Below, piece after piece: positions 41,724 through 50,595 of a DNA stretch of 64,000 bases. This DNA comes from Roseibacillus sp. GTDB taxonomy: Bacteria; Verrucomicrobiota; Verrucomicrobiia; Verrucomicrobiales; Akkermansiaceae. The translations under genes were made by a program, and so were the position numbers. The DNA is taken from the NCBI GenBank assembly GCA_965242925.1, contig CBDEUM010000030.1:96001-160000 (forward strand). Reading direction: 5' to 3'. Each line of letters begins with the position of its first letter. Position 1 is the stretch's first letter. A model generated the notes under the pieces. That model saw only the letters and a program-made list of their open reading frames with translations, did no database searches and was not told the DNA's origin.

Positions 41724-42144
41724 CGCTGCCGAGTTCGCCGTCCTTTCCTTTCGAGATCACTTCCGGATAGCTCCGGTCCTTGGAGCCGGGATACTTGTAG
41801 ACGAACTCCTGATCCCAGCCATCCTTCGGGAGCGTCTTGAAAGTCGGTTCCCAGCTCCGGGGCTCCGGGGCGGTCGTCGGCTTCTCGACGAGAGCCATCA
41901 CGCCCTGTGACTCCGAGGGATAGTTTCCCGCCCGGTGCCGGTACATCGTGAGGGCACTGTTGATCCGCTGCAGTTTGCTCTTGGTCTGGACCTCCCGTCC
42001 AAACCCGGTGAACCCACCACTCAGTCCGATCGCGGCCCCAAGAATCAAGCCAATGATCCCGAGGACGATAACCATCTCAAGGAGGGTGAATCCCTGCGCC
42101 CCCCGGACTTGGGCACTGTCACGACGTTCAAACTTCACTTTCAT
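41692..42144 (-). CDS. gspG: Major pseudopilin GspG
   Basis: QGFTLLEMVIVLGIIGLI; YPSESQG..AL..KP; LPKDGWDQEFVYKYPG; ISKGKDGELGSDDD. Confidence 0.93.
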   Translation of the reverse strand: MKVKFERRDSAQVRGAQGFTLLEMVIVLGIIGLILGAAIGLSGGFTGFGREVQTKSKLQRINSALTMYRHRAGNYPSESQGVMALVEKPTTAPEPRSWEPTFKTLPKDGWDQEFVYKYPGSKDRSYPEVISKGKDGELGSDDDLSSQDTE

Positions 42145-42248
42145 TAAGTAGATACTTGTTTTGCTTGGTAAGTTACAGGGATGGTAGCGCCTTTCGACTG
42201 AAAAATTGTCCGCTGAAAACGGGAAATCACCGGAATTTCAAGCCACGA

Positions 42249-42460
42249 GAACCGCGCCCTCGGTCGTGTATGCGGAAAATGAACGGAATATCCGCAAATT
42301 CGCATGTTTTCTTTCCAGCATACCGCCCCCAACAAACCTCACCGCCATCGGTTATCGGGAACCTGGAAGCTGTCTACCCTCTCGGGTTTGAGACCGCCCT
42401 CACTTCCTTTGACGCAACCAGGCCGGGTGCTCGACCTTCACGGCCTCCCACCGCGGATTC
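42249..42460. ncRNA. Candidate structured RNA between gspG and the divergent EEP gene, family unassigned
   Basis: Nested complementary segments seen by eye (see findings). No known family was recognised. Confidence 0.3.
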
Positions 42461-42667
42461 CCGACCATGCTGCGCCACTCGTGAGGATGAATCATTTAAG
42501 CGTAAAGTTCCTCCGATCCGTCCCAACGCCGCACAAATCACCATCCTCTCCGGGAAAGCTCAGGAGCAGGGCTGGCTCGCGCCACACCGCCGTCGCCGAG
42601 CCAGATCGTGCCCCCCGATTTCAGAGTCGAAGTGAACAATTGGCCCCCATCCGACACTAAGTAGCTG

Positions 42668-43615
42668 ATGTCTCGCGATGCCAAGCACCTCTTCTCCAGC
42701 ACCCTGCTTTGGCTTTCGGTGGTCGCCCTGGCTGGGGCAACCCTCCTCTCCCTTCTCGGCCGCCTTCACTGGTCCTTCGAACTCTTCACTCACTTCCCCC
42801 TCCAGATTGCGAGCGGACTCCTCGTCGTGATTCTCGCCACGCTGCTCTTCCGTCGCTGGATTCCTGCGGCGTTCGGACTCCTCTGCCTCCTCCCGCATCT
42901 CGTCGCCCTTTCGCATTACTATCCATCCCACGAGTTCTCGACGAAGCCTTCAGACTTCCGGGTTCTGTCATTCAATGTCCTCACCTCGAACCAGTCCCAT
43001 GACACGGTTCTTGCCTATCTTTCGGAACGCGACGCGGACGTGATCTTCCTGACGGAGATCAATCCGGACTGGGTCGAGGCGCTCTCTCCTCTTGATTCCG
43101 ATTACCCTTACCGCGTCAAATTTCCCCGCCATGACAACTTCGGAATGGCTCTTTACAGTCGCCACCCCTTCGCCTCGCACGAGATCCGTTTCATCGAGGG
43201 CACCCGAGTCCCCTTGGTCCACGCGGTGATTGATCTCGGCGGCCACGAATTGGAGGTCATCGGCTGCCACCCGGTTCCGCCAATGGGATCCCCCCAGGCC
43301 TCCGCTCGAAACGATTACCTCGCCGGCCTTGCCGAGATTGCCACAATCAACACTCTTCCTGCGGTCATCTTCGGCGACTTCAATGCCACGGTGTGGTCGC
43401 CCCATCTGCGAGATTTCATCAAGACCACATCGTTCAAGGACAGCGGTCGCAAGCGTGGGTTTCAATCGACGTGGAGACGCCTCAATCCCTTTTTCTCCAT
43501 TCCCATCGATCACATCTTTCACAACGCTGCTCTTACATGTACCAGTCGCCAGATTGGACCGGCCCTGGGCTCGGATCACCGACCCGTGATCGCGGAGTTC
43601 GCGCTGACCCCGTAG
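42668..43615 (+). CDS. Membrane-associated EEP family protein (YafD-like)
   Basis: N-terminal TMs; VLSFNV, FLTEI, FGDFNAT, IPIDHIF and GSDHRPV. Confidence 0.9.
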   Translation: MSRDAKHLFSSTLLWLSVVALAGATLLSLLGRLHWSFELFTHFPLQIASGLLVVILATLLFRRWIPAAFGLLCLLPHLVALSHYYPSHEFSTKPSDFRVLSFNVLTSNQSHDTVLAYLSERDADVIFLTEINPDWVEALSPLDSDYPYRVKFPRHDNFGMALYSRHPFASHEIRFIEGTRVPLVHAVIDLGGHELEVIGCHPVPPMGSPQASARNDYLAGLAEIATINTLPAVIFGDFNATVWSPHLRDFIKTTSFKDSGRKRGFQSTWRRLNPFFSIPIDHIFHNAALTCTSRQIGPALGSDHRPVIAEFALTP

Positions 43616-43907
43616 GATTTTCCATGGGGAACAGCAGCAGGAACCGGACGGGAGCGCACCTCTCAGCGCGTGAGGGATCTTCACCGCTTTTTGACCAGGT
43701 CCCGGAACCCAACATTCCAGCTGGCCCGGAAAGGCTGCCCCAATCAGAGCGTTAGTCTGCCTTCTCCCACGATTCTGCGGCGACCTCCCACCTGTCGCGA
43801 TGCGGATTTTCGCGATCGGCAATGAGAGCGTCAGGGTCTTCTGCGTTGCGCCGTGCAAGAGCCGGGAAATCGCGTCGACTCTCGTGGGCCCCGTTAATCA
43901 ATTCAAA

Positions 43908-43936
43908 TTGACAGACGAACGCGCAAAATTTAGGTT
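43908..43936 (+). promoter_or_regulatory. Sigma70-type promoter for the radical SAM gene
   Basis: Perfect TTGACA (43908-43913), 17-nt spacer, TAGGTT (43931-43936). Confidence 0.6.
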
Positions 43937-43942
43937 GTGCTC

Positions 43943-45448
43943 ATGGTAGTGCCGCCATCTGGAACGTCATCCAGTTCCGCTTCGCTGGCTGCCCCTCCGG
44001 CACGCGCCCCAGTGATCAGGAAGGCCCTTTTTATCTACGGCCCGACAGGTTTGTTCATGCGGGATGACCGCTGCCAGGCACCGGTCGAGGGCATGACCGC
44101 TCAGCCCAATCGCGCGCCTTTGGATCTGGCCTACATGGCCGCCATGCTGGAGCGCATGAAGATCAGCTGCAAGATCACCGACTATGCTGCCGAGAAACTG
44201 GAATGGAAGAACTTCGAAGATGACTTGAAGGAGTTCCAGCCGGATCTCCTGGTTCTCAGTGTGACCACGCCGACATTGCTGCGTGATCTGGCTGCTTGTG
44301 AATTGGCGAAAAGGAATTGTCCAGACATCCTCACGGTGGCCAAGGGGGCCCATTTCACGCCCAAGGATGAAGAGGCCATGCTGGCCCATCACGATCTGGA
44401 TCTGGCCATTCGCGGAGAGTCGGAACATGCCGTCGCCGAGATTGCTGAGCGTCGTGACTACAAGGACATTCTTGGCCTCACCTATCGCAAGGATGGAAAG
44501 CTTCATCAGAATCCAACGCGACCTTATATCGAGGTCGATGATCTGGACAGCTTGCCATTTCCGGCGAGGCATCTGATCAACAATGACCTGTATCTCACCC
44601 CGGATACAGGGGAACCCATCACCATGATCAACATGGGGCGGGGCTGCCCGCACAAGTGCATTTATTGTGCCGTCACGGTGGCTTCCGGCTACAAGCTCAA
44701 GGTCCGCTCACCCAGGAGTGTCGTGGACGAAATTGAAGAGTGTTCGACGAATCTGGGGATCAAAAACTTTTTCTTCAGGGCCGACACCTTCACCTGGGAT
44801 GAGAAGTGGACGGTCGAGGTATGCAAGGAGATCCTGGCTCGCAAACTTGAGGTGCGATGGGGATCCAACAGCCGGGTGGATACAATCTCCGAGGAGCGAC
44901 TGAAGTGGATGAAGAAAGCCGGTTGCTGGGTGATTGGCTTTGGGGTGGAGAGCGGCAATCAGGAGAACCTGGATCGCATGAAAAAGCGCGCCACTCTGGA
45001 CCAGGCGCGCAATGCCATCGCCTTGTGCCGGAAGCACAGGATCAAGTCCTACGGGCTATTCCTGATTGGGCTTCCCTGGGAGACCAAGGCCATGGTCGAA
45101 GACACCATGCGCTTCATGAAAGAGATCAACCCGGATTTTGTTGACCTCAATATTGCCTACCCCCTGCCTGGGACGGAGTATCACAGGATCGCTCTCGAAT
45201 CAGGCCTGTTCACCGAAAAGGAGTTACAGGACGGCGATTATTCCAAACCCATCGTTCGGACGGTCGAACTGTCGACGCAGGACTTGATTCGCTCTCGCAG
45301 GAAAGCGCTCCTCTCATTTTATCTAAGGCCGTCCTACATCGCGCGCACCTTGCTGGGAGTGCGTTCCCCCAAGGTCCTGGGCAACTACCTCAAGTCTGGC
45401 CTCCGTTTGCTCAAGACTCACGCCTTTACGTCCTCCGCCGCGGATTAG
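43943..45448 (+). CDS. B12-binding domain radical SAM protein
   Basis: N-terminal cobalamin-binding-like region (PLDLAYMAAML, GAHFT, RGESE); RGCPHKCIYC CxxxCxxC motif; FGVESG; FLIGLPWET. Confidence 0.92.
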   Translation: MVVPPSGTSSSSASLAAPPARAPVIRKALFIYGPTGLFMRDDRCQAPVEGMTAQPNRAPLDLAYMAAMLERMKISCKITDYAAEKLEWKNFEDDLKEFQPDLLVLSVTTPTLLRDLAACELAKRNCPDILTVAKGAHFTPKDEEAMLAHHDLDLAIRGESEHAVAEIAERRDYKDILGLTYRKDGKLHQNPTRPYIEVDDLDSLPFPARHLINNDLYLTPDTGEPITMINMGRGCPHKCIYCAVTVASGYKLKVRSPRSVVDEIEECSTNLGIKNFFFRADTFTWDEKWTVEVCKEILARKLEVRWGSNSRVDTISEERLKWMKKAGCWVIGFGVESGNQENLDRMKKRATLDQARNAIALCRKHRIKSYGLFLIGLPWETKAMVEDTMRFMKEINPDFVDLNIAYPLPGTEYHRIALESGLFTEKELQDGDYSKPIVRTVELSTQDLIRSRRKALLSFYLRPSYIARTLLGVRSPKVLGNYLKSGLRLLKTHAFTSSAAD

Positions 45449-45513
45449 GGGTCCGGTTGAAGCTCTCCGGTGCCTCGCCCCGGGTCACACTCCTGCCGCC
45501 TTGAACCCATCGC

Positions 45514-47274
45514 TCACGGTCGGGACCGGCCCAACTCGTAGACCTCCGCCAACTCATCTTCACAGACCCGCTTGATCCAATATCTGCCGAGAGTCGCATC
45601 TCGTGGAGGAGCGCCCTTTGGATTGTCCGGGCTTCGTTGGACGACGATGAATTTGACATTGCTCTTGTAGAGTTCTCGCAGGATTTCCGGGGTTGGGAAT
45701 CCCGCCAGGATCTTCCCTTGCAAGATTCTGTTCTCCTCCGGAGAGTGAGTGGAGTAGCCATTAACGAGCGGAACACCGTGAAACGATCCCAGATACATCC
45801 ACTCGCAGGTCAACAGATAGTCCTGAATTCGGCCCGTGGACGGGAACGGCAGACAGGCAATCCCATAGCCCGGAGGGGTCTTCTCGCGCACGTATTCCAC
45901 CCAGACCTTGTGCTGGTTGACATCCGTCACGGTGGCATGCTCCCCCCGTTTGGGATACACCTCGAAAAGGGCCGTTAAGGCGAGGAGGACAAACCCCGCC
46001 TGCAAGGCGGCTCGCAAGCGGGAACTCTTCACGCGATCGCGGCAGGTCTGATAAAGCCCGGTCACGCCCAGGGCGGCGAAAATGACGACGGCCATTTGGA
46101 CAAAGAAGGCGAAGCGGAGGACAGATCTGACTTGCTCAAACCCCGGAACGAGTTCGGTGAGGGTCCACCAGGGCTGCCAGGTGCCCAGCCTCAGGTTGGG
46201 GCCAAAGGACAGCAGAAAGGCCAGGAGCGCCATCACCAGAATGAAGGACGCCCACCGCCGGGTGTCGAGACGAGTCAGCCCGTAATAGACGCCGACGAGA
46301 GCCAGCAGGAACTTGATCACGCCCGACGAGAGCATTCTCCAGCTCTCTGTCTCCGGGCTGATATCGATGAGCTGGCCCCCGTAGGCCCGAAGATAGTCGC
46401 CTGGAGTGGCCGAGAGGTAGGTAACCAATTCCCGTTCCAATGCAACCGCGTGCTCCTGCGAGACTTGACGAAGTTCGTAGGCAAAGGGGGCTGCGACAAG
46501 CAGGGCGACGAAGACCGCCAGAAGCCAGTGAGGGAGCTCACGATATTTGATCCATTGCCTCCACAAGGTGGGCGCCGCCCCCACCAGGAGAAGGGCGAAG
46601 AACAGTCCCTGGTGCATGGAGGTGACAAGGCTGATCCCAACGGCCACTCCAAGCTCCAATCCCCTCCAGCGCGTGGGTTGGCGGCAGAGTCGTTCAATGG
46701 CCGACCAGGTCCAGAGAATGCCCCACAGTGGAACCAGGTGACTGATGCCCAGTTGCCAATGCACGATCGGCAGCAGGACCATCGCGGTGCCCACCCAAAG
46801 CCCCGTCCACGGCCCCATTCCATACACTTTAGCGAGTCGCTGCGCGAAAACCCCATTCAAGATCAGGGAGAGCCAGAGGAAAACGTTGTAGGCGAGAATG
46901 CGCGATCCCGTGAGCCAGACAACGGGAGCGACCAGCAGAGTGGTCGGTTGGGGCTCATTCATCGCCAGTGCCCCCGGAGAAGGAAAATAGATAGGGGCGT
47001 TCCAATAGCCCCCAAACCCCGGAATCACTTGATGAGCGTTCCACCACAGGATCCAGACGTTCGACAAGGCAACCGTGGCAATGGGTTCCGAACCGAGTGG
47101 CAACTGAGACAGGGGAGATGAAATGACGGGCCACGTCAGCCCCAGGGCGAGCACGAGGTAGACGAAGACCCCCCCAAGGATCCACCGCTGCTGATAACAT
47201 TGAGCGGATAGCGCCTTTCGCGCGTTCTGGAATTTACTCCCCGAAACGCGGTCTGCACTATCGCCAGAACTCAT
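45514..47274 (-). CDS. Polytopic membrane protein, GT-C/YfhO-like glycosyltransferase candidate
   Basis: Many TMs; WILWWN...YWNAPIYFP...LAMNE, YLSATPGDY, VPGFEQVRSVLRF and HGVPLVNGYS; start taken at ATG 47274. Confidence 0.72.
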   Translation of the reverse strand: MSSGDSADRVSGSKFQNARKALSAQCYQQRWILGGVFVYLVLALGLTWPVISSPLSQLPLGSEPIATVALSNVWILWWNAHQVIPGFGGYWNAPIYFPSPGALAMNEPQPTTLLVAPVVWLTGSRILAYNVFLWLSLILNGVFAQRLAKVYGMGPWTGLWVGTAMVLLPIVHWQLGISHLVPLWGILWTWSAIERLCRQPTRWRGLELGVAVGISLVTSMHQGLFFALLLVGAAPTLWRQWIKYRELPHWLLAVFVALLVAAPFAYELRQVSQEHAVALERELVTYLSATPGDYLRAYGGQLIDISPETESWRMLSSGVIKFLLALVGVYYGLTRLDTRRWASFILVMALLAFLLSFGPNLRLGTWQPWWTLTELVPGFEQVRSVLRFAFFVQMAVVIFAALGVTGLYQTCRDRVKSSRLRAALQAGFVLLALTALFEVYPKRGEHATVTDVNQHKVWVEYVREKTPPGYGIACLPFPSTGRIQDYLLTCEWMYLGSFHGVPLVNGYSTHSPEENRILQGKILAGFPTPEILRELYKSNVKFIVVQRSPDNPKGAPPRDATLGRYWIKRVCEDELAEVYELGRSRP

Positions 47275-47479
47275 CGGCGCGACGGTATGGAGGCCGATCA
47301 GGGGAGGCAAGGAGGAAGACGGTGTCAGGCGGCCTTCCAACAGAGGCACACAGAGACCCGCCGAACACGGACGACGGACCAGAGAGCCTTCACCGAGATT
47401 CTCCAAACGGCTCTCTCAGAAATTTGAGAAACCCAGTGGGAGGGGATCTCCCGGACGTTTTCGAATCGCAACGTTCTGC

Positions 47480-48637
47480 CTACTCAAGCGTCTTTTCCAG
47501 GTCCAGAAAACTCATATAGAAAGAAGTGAAAATGAATTGGATTCCGATCATGACGATGAAAATCGATGCGATCGCAAGCTGGGTGTAGGGGATATTGACG
47601 TAGGACAGATTGTTGGCGAACTTGTAAATCAGGAACAGCGTCGTGATGCCTGCAATTCCGCCGAGAGCCACAAGAATTCCGCCGACCACGAGACCGCGCT
47701 CAAGGGTGAAATGTTTCCTGAAGAAGGAGCTCATCTTGTCGTCTTTGATGAGTCCCTTGGCGCTGTTATATGTGATGCAGTGGATTCCAAACAGGACGAC
47801 TTGAATGCCGATGAAAAACAGAGCCCCGGCAAAGGAAGAAGTTGAAATGCCCGGGGACTGCCCGAAAATTCGAAACCAGTCAAACTGCATCAACCCAAGT
47901 AACACCAGGGCAGCGGCTGAAAGAACAAGGCCAGGGTAAACAAAGAGGAACTTGGGACAAAGTGCCAGCATGACTCGCAGGTGTCGCCAGCCATCCCGGA
48001 GCGGATGAAGGTGAGGGATCCGTCCTTCCGGGTTTGGGTAAAGACTGATCGGGATTTCCTTGATGACCAGTTCTTCAAGGGTTGCCTTGATGAGCATTTC
48101 CGAGGCCAGCTCCATTCCGTTACACCTGAGATTCAAGCGTTGCATGGGGTCGCGTTTGAAGGCCCGCAGGCCACAGTTGATATCGGAGACCTTTGATTTG
48201 AAGAAGATCCGCATCACCAGGGTCAATACGGGTGTTCCGACAAGTCGGTTCAGGAAAGGCATGGCTTTCCTGTGAATCTTTCCACCATAGCGGTTTCCCA
48301 TCACAAGATCAGCACCCGTTCCTTCGCGCAATCGGCGCATGAGGTTTCCGATTTCACCAAAGTCATACGTGTCATCGGCATCCCCCATGATCACAGCATC
48401 CCCATGAGCTGATTCAATCCCGGTGCGGATGGCGCTTCCGTAGCCCTTGACCTCTGCGTGGACAATTCGAGCTCCGGCGGCTTTTGAGATTTCGATGGAG
48501 CGATCCGTGGAACCGTTATCGACAACGACAACCTCTCCCTCAAGACCGCTCTCTTCAAGTGCGCGCAGGGATTTCTCGACACAAATGCCTACCGTGTCTT
48601 CTTCATTGAGACAGGGAATAATAACGCTGACGTCCAT
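47480..48637 (-). CDS. GT2 glycosyltransferase (polyprenol-phosphate sugar synthase-like) with C-terminal TMs
   Basis: VSVIIPCLNEE, VVDNGSTD, GYGSA, MGDADDTY, DINCGLR and RDGWRHL. Confidence 0.93.
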   Translation of the reverse strand: MDVSVIIPCLNEEDTVGICVEKSLRALEESGLEGEVVVVDNGSTDRSIEISKAAGARIVHAEVKGYGSAIRTGIESAHGDAVIMGDADDTYDFGEIGNLMRRLREGTGADLVMGNRYGGKIHRKAMPFLNRLVGTPVLTLVMRIFFKSKVSDINCGLRAFKRDPMQRLNLRCNGMELASEMLIKATLEELVIKEIPISLYPNPEGRIPHLHPLRDGWRHLRVMLALCPKFLFVYPGLVLSAAALVLLGLMQFDWFRIFGQSPGISTSSFAGALFFIGIQVVLFGIHCITYNSAKGLIKDDKMSSFFRKHFTLERGLVVGGILVALGGIAGITTLFLIYKFANNLSYVNIPYTQLAIASIFIVMIGIQFIFTSFYMSFLDLEKTLE

Positions 48638-48651
48638 AACGAGGGCGGTCT

Positions 48652-50130
48652 TCAGCCTCCGGGTGAGGGGTTGGGGCGGGCGGACTGCAGGAACTCCACG
48701 AGGGTGGCCGCAACCACCCGGTGCCCGTCGGGAGACCAGTGCGTGTCATCTGGATAATAGAGCATCCGCCCCGTCTTCGCCGCCTCCCTGAGAGACGGAG
48801 TAAGGTCGAGAACTGCGATGGCCGGAGAGTGCTTCTGAATCGAACTCAGGAGGATTCCGGGCAGGCGGTTCACCTCCCAGGTCTTGACGCAAGATCCCGC
48901 CTCGAAGCGGCAGAGATCCCCATAGACCCGGAATTTCGAGGGAGCGAAGGCCACCACGAGCTGGATATCGTTTTCCCTGCAGAGGTTGCCCGCAATGGAC
49001 AAGGCCTGCAGGGTCACCTCCAGTCCCTCGACCTCCCGCTTCATCTCGGGCGTGAAAGGCCCACTCGCATATCCGAACCAGATCTTCTCCTCGCCGTTTT
49101 CGGTCGGCAGGTAGCCCAACCGGTCCCGGCCGTCTGGAGGAGGCACGCGTTCGAAGCGCTTCGCTAGCCAGACAAATGCGTTACTCGTGAAGGCACGGCA
49201 CGTCCACGACGAGTGATTGCGCTCGATCATTGGCCAGTTTTCTATGAACCCCTGGTAGCGCCAGGTGTCCGAGAGGTCGTTGGCCTCAAAGAAGACCCAC
49301 ACGCAGACACGAGGCTTCAAGGGCAGGCCAAATCTGTCCAGGACGTGCAATTCCTGTTGGGGCCCATAGTAACTCTGGCCGAGATTGACCACGGTCGCTC
49401 CCATCATCTCCGACATCTTCGTGGTAAACATGTCCCCGGCGAGGACCCCGCCGGCCTCCACGAAGGAGTCTCCAATCACGACGTAGTCGGCCTGCTCGTA
49501 GTCCTCCTCATTGCGAAACCCATTGCGGTCATACCTCAGGTCGTAATCGAAGGTCGTCACCGGCGGCGTATTGTACCAGAAGGCCACGTCCCCCCCGATC
49601 ATCTTTCCGCGCTCCTGGTAGTGGGGACGGCGGATGTGGATGAGCTTATCATCCAGAACATTCCGAGTGTCCTGCCAAGCGGGCACCCGTAGCCCGAGGA
49701 CGCGACGGAAGTCCAGCCCGCTGAAAGCCACTACGAGTTCAATCAAGCCGACGGCAAATACGATGGACCCATTGGCAGCAATGAATCGCACCGCCTTCTG
49801 CCGCCAGCTCCGGGAGGAGAACACCCAATACGGCGCCCAGCAGGCCAGGTATGCGATCCCCGTCACATAAACGAGCGGCATTGATGGGAGAGCAGGCCGA
49901 CTTTCTCCCGGGTGTGGCACATCCTCAGCCCTGATTCCATACACCCACAACTGAACCACCACCACGATCCAGCACAGGCCGACGAGCCCCGCCACTGCGA
50001 CCGGTATCAACCTGGCCTCTTTCGGACGGGCAGCCCCTCCCTCCGGGCGTGACGTGGCGGAATCTTGTTCGCTGCTGGATACCATCGGTTTATCAGGGGG
50101 GAAGGAAGGATGGCCGCGGGCAAGTTTCAC
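48652..50130 (-). CDS. SGNH hydrolase-like protein (AlgX/AlgJ-type O-acetyltransferase candidate)
   Basis: N-terminal TMs; IGDSF, NLG...GPQQE, FEANDL and DDTHWSPDGH. The start may be 50085. Confidence 0.85.
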   Translation of the reverse strand: MKLARGHPSFPPDKPMVSSSEQDSATSRPEGGAARPKEARLIPVAVAGLVGLCWIVVVVQLWVYGIRAEDVPHPGESRPALPSMPLVYVTGIAYLACWAPYWVFSSRSWRQKAVRFIAANGSIVFAVGLIELVVAFSGLDFRRVLGLRVPAWQDTRNVLDDKLIHIRRPHYQERGKMIGGDVAFWYNTPPVTTFDYDLRYDRNGFRNEEDYEQADYVVIGDSFVEAGGVLAGDMFTTKMSEMMGATVVNLGQSYYGPQQELHVLDRFGLPLKPRVCVWVFFEANDLSDTWRYQGFIENWPMIERNHSSWTCRAFTSNAFVWLAKRFERVPPPDGRDRLGYLPTENGEEKIWFGYASGPFTPEMKREVEGLEVTLQALSIAGNLCRENDIQLVVAFAPSKFRVYGDLCRFEAGSCVKTWEVNRLPGILLSSIQKHSPAIAVLDLTPSLREAAKTGRMLYYPDDTHWSPDGHRVVAATLVEFLQSARPNPSPGG

Positions 50131-50342
50131 CCATCGCTCGGGATTGTCCGGACAACGCAGGGTTCTTCAAGTCTAATGTAGACATCGGGGCGCAGCGTTC
50201 GTCCAGCCAGGACGCTCCAAAGCCCGCCCCCGTGGACTCAATCGCGACACCACCGTTGACGCCTCCGGGTATTGCGGTGGCTGGGCTGAAGAATCACGGG
50301 GCAGCAGCGGCCACCTCTTCATCCTCAGATGACCTCGATGGC

Positions 50343-50453
50343 TTACTCCGTATGGGTGCCCTTCCTTGCTTCCTTTGTCCGTGCAGGGAGGAGAGCCAGC
50401 AAGAAACAGATGGCGAAAAATCCGAAAGAGAGAGATCGCAAAAAGGAATCCAT
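50343..50453 (-). CDS. Possible 36-aa single-TM small protein
   Basis: MDSFLRSLSFGFFAICFLLALLPARTKEARKGTHTE, preceded by TGAGGAA. Confidence 0.3.
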   Translation of the reverse strand: MDSFLRSLSFGFFAICFLLALLPARTKEARKGTHTE

Positions 50454-50595
50454 TTCCTCAATTTTGCGCTGGTGGTCCCAACCCTCTTTTTGCAATGATT
50501 TCCTGTCATAGGAGCAGGAAGGGAGATTCCGTTCGCCTTCATTTCGATCCCCTTTCGCAACCCAACCATTTTTCGCCCAATCCACAGAAACCAAG

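Noticed and set aside
43685..43715. ykkC/guanidine-I riboswitch (minus-strand GGGTTCCG...CTGGTC)
   Set aside because: The conserved 3' stem of that family is absent and no co-oriented gene follows.
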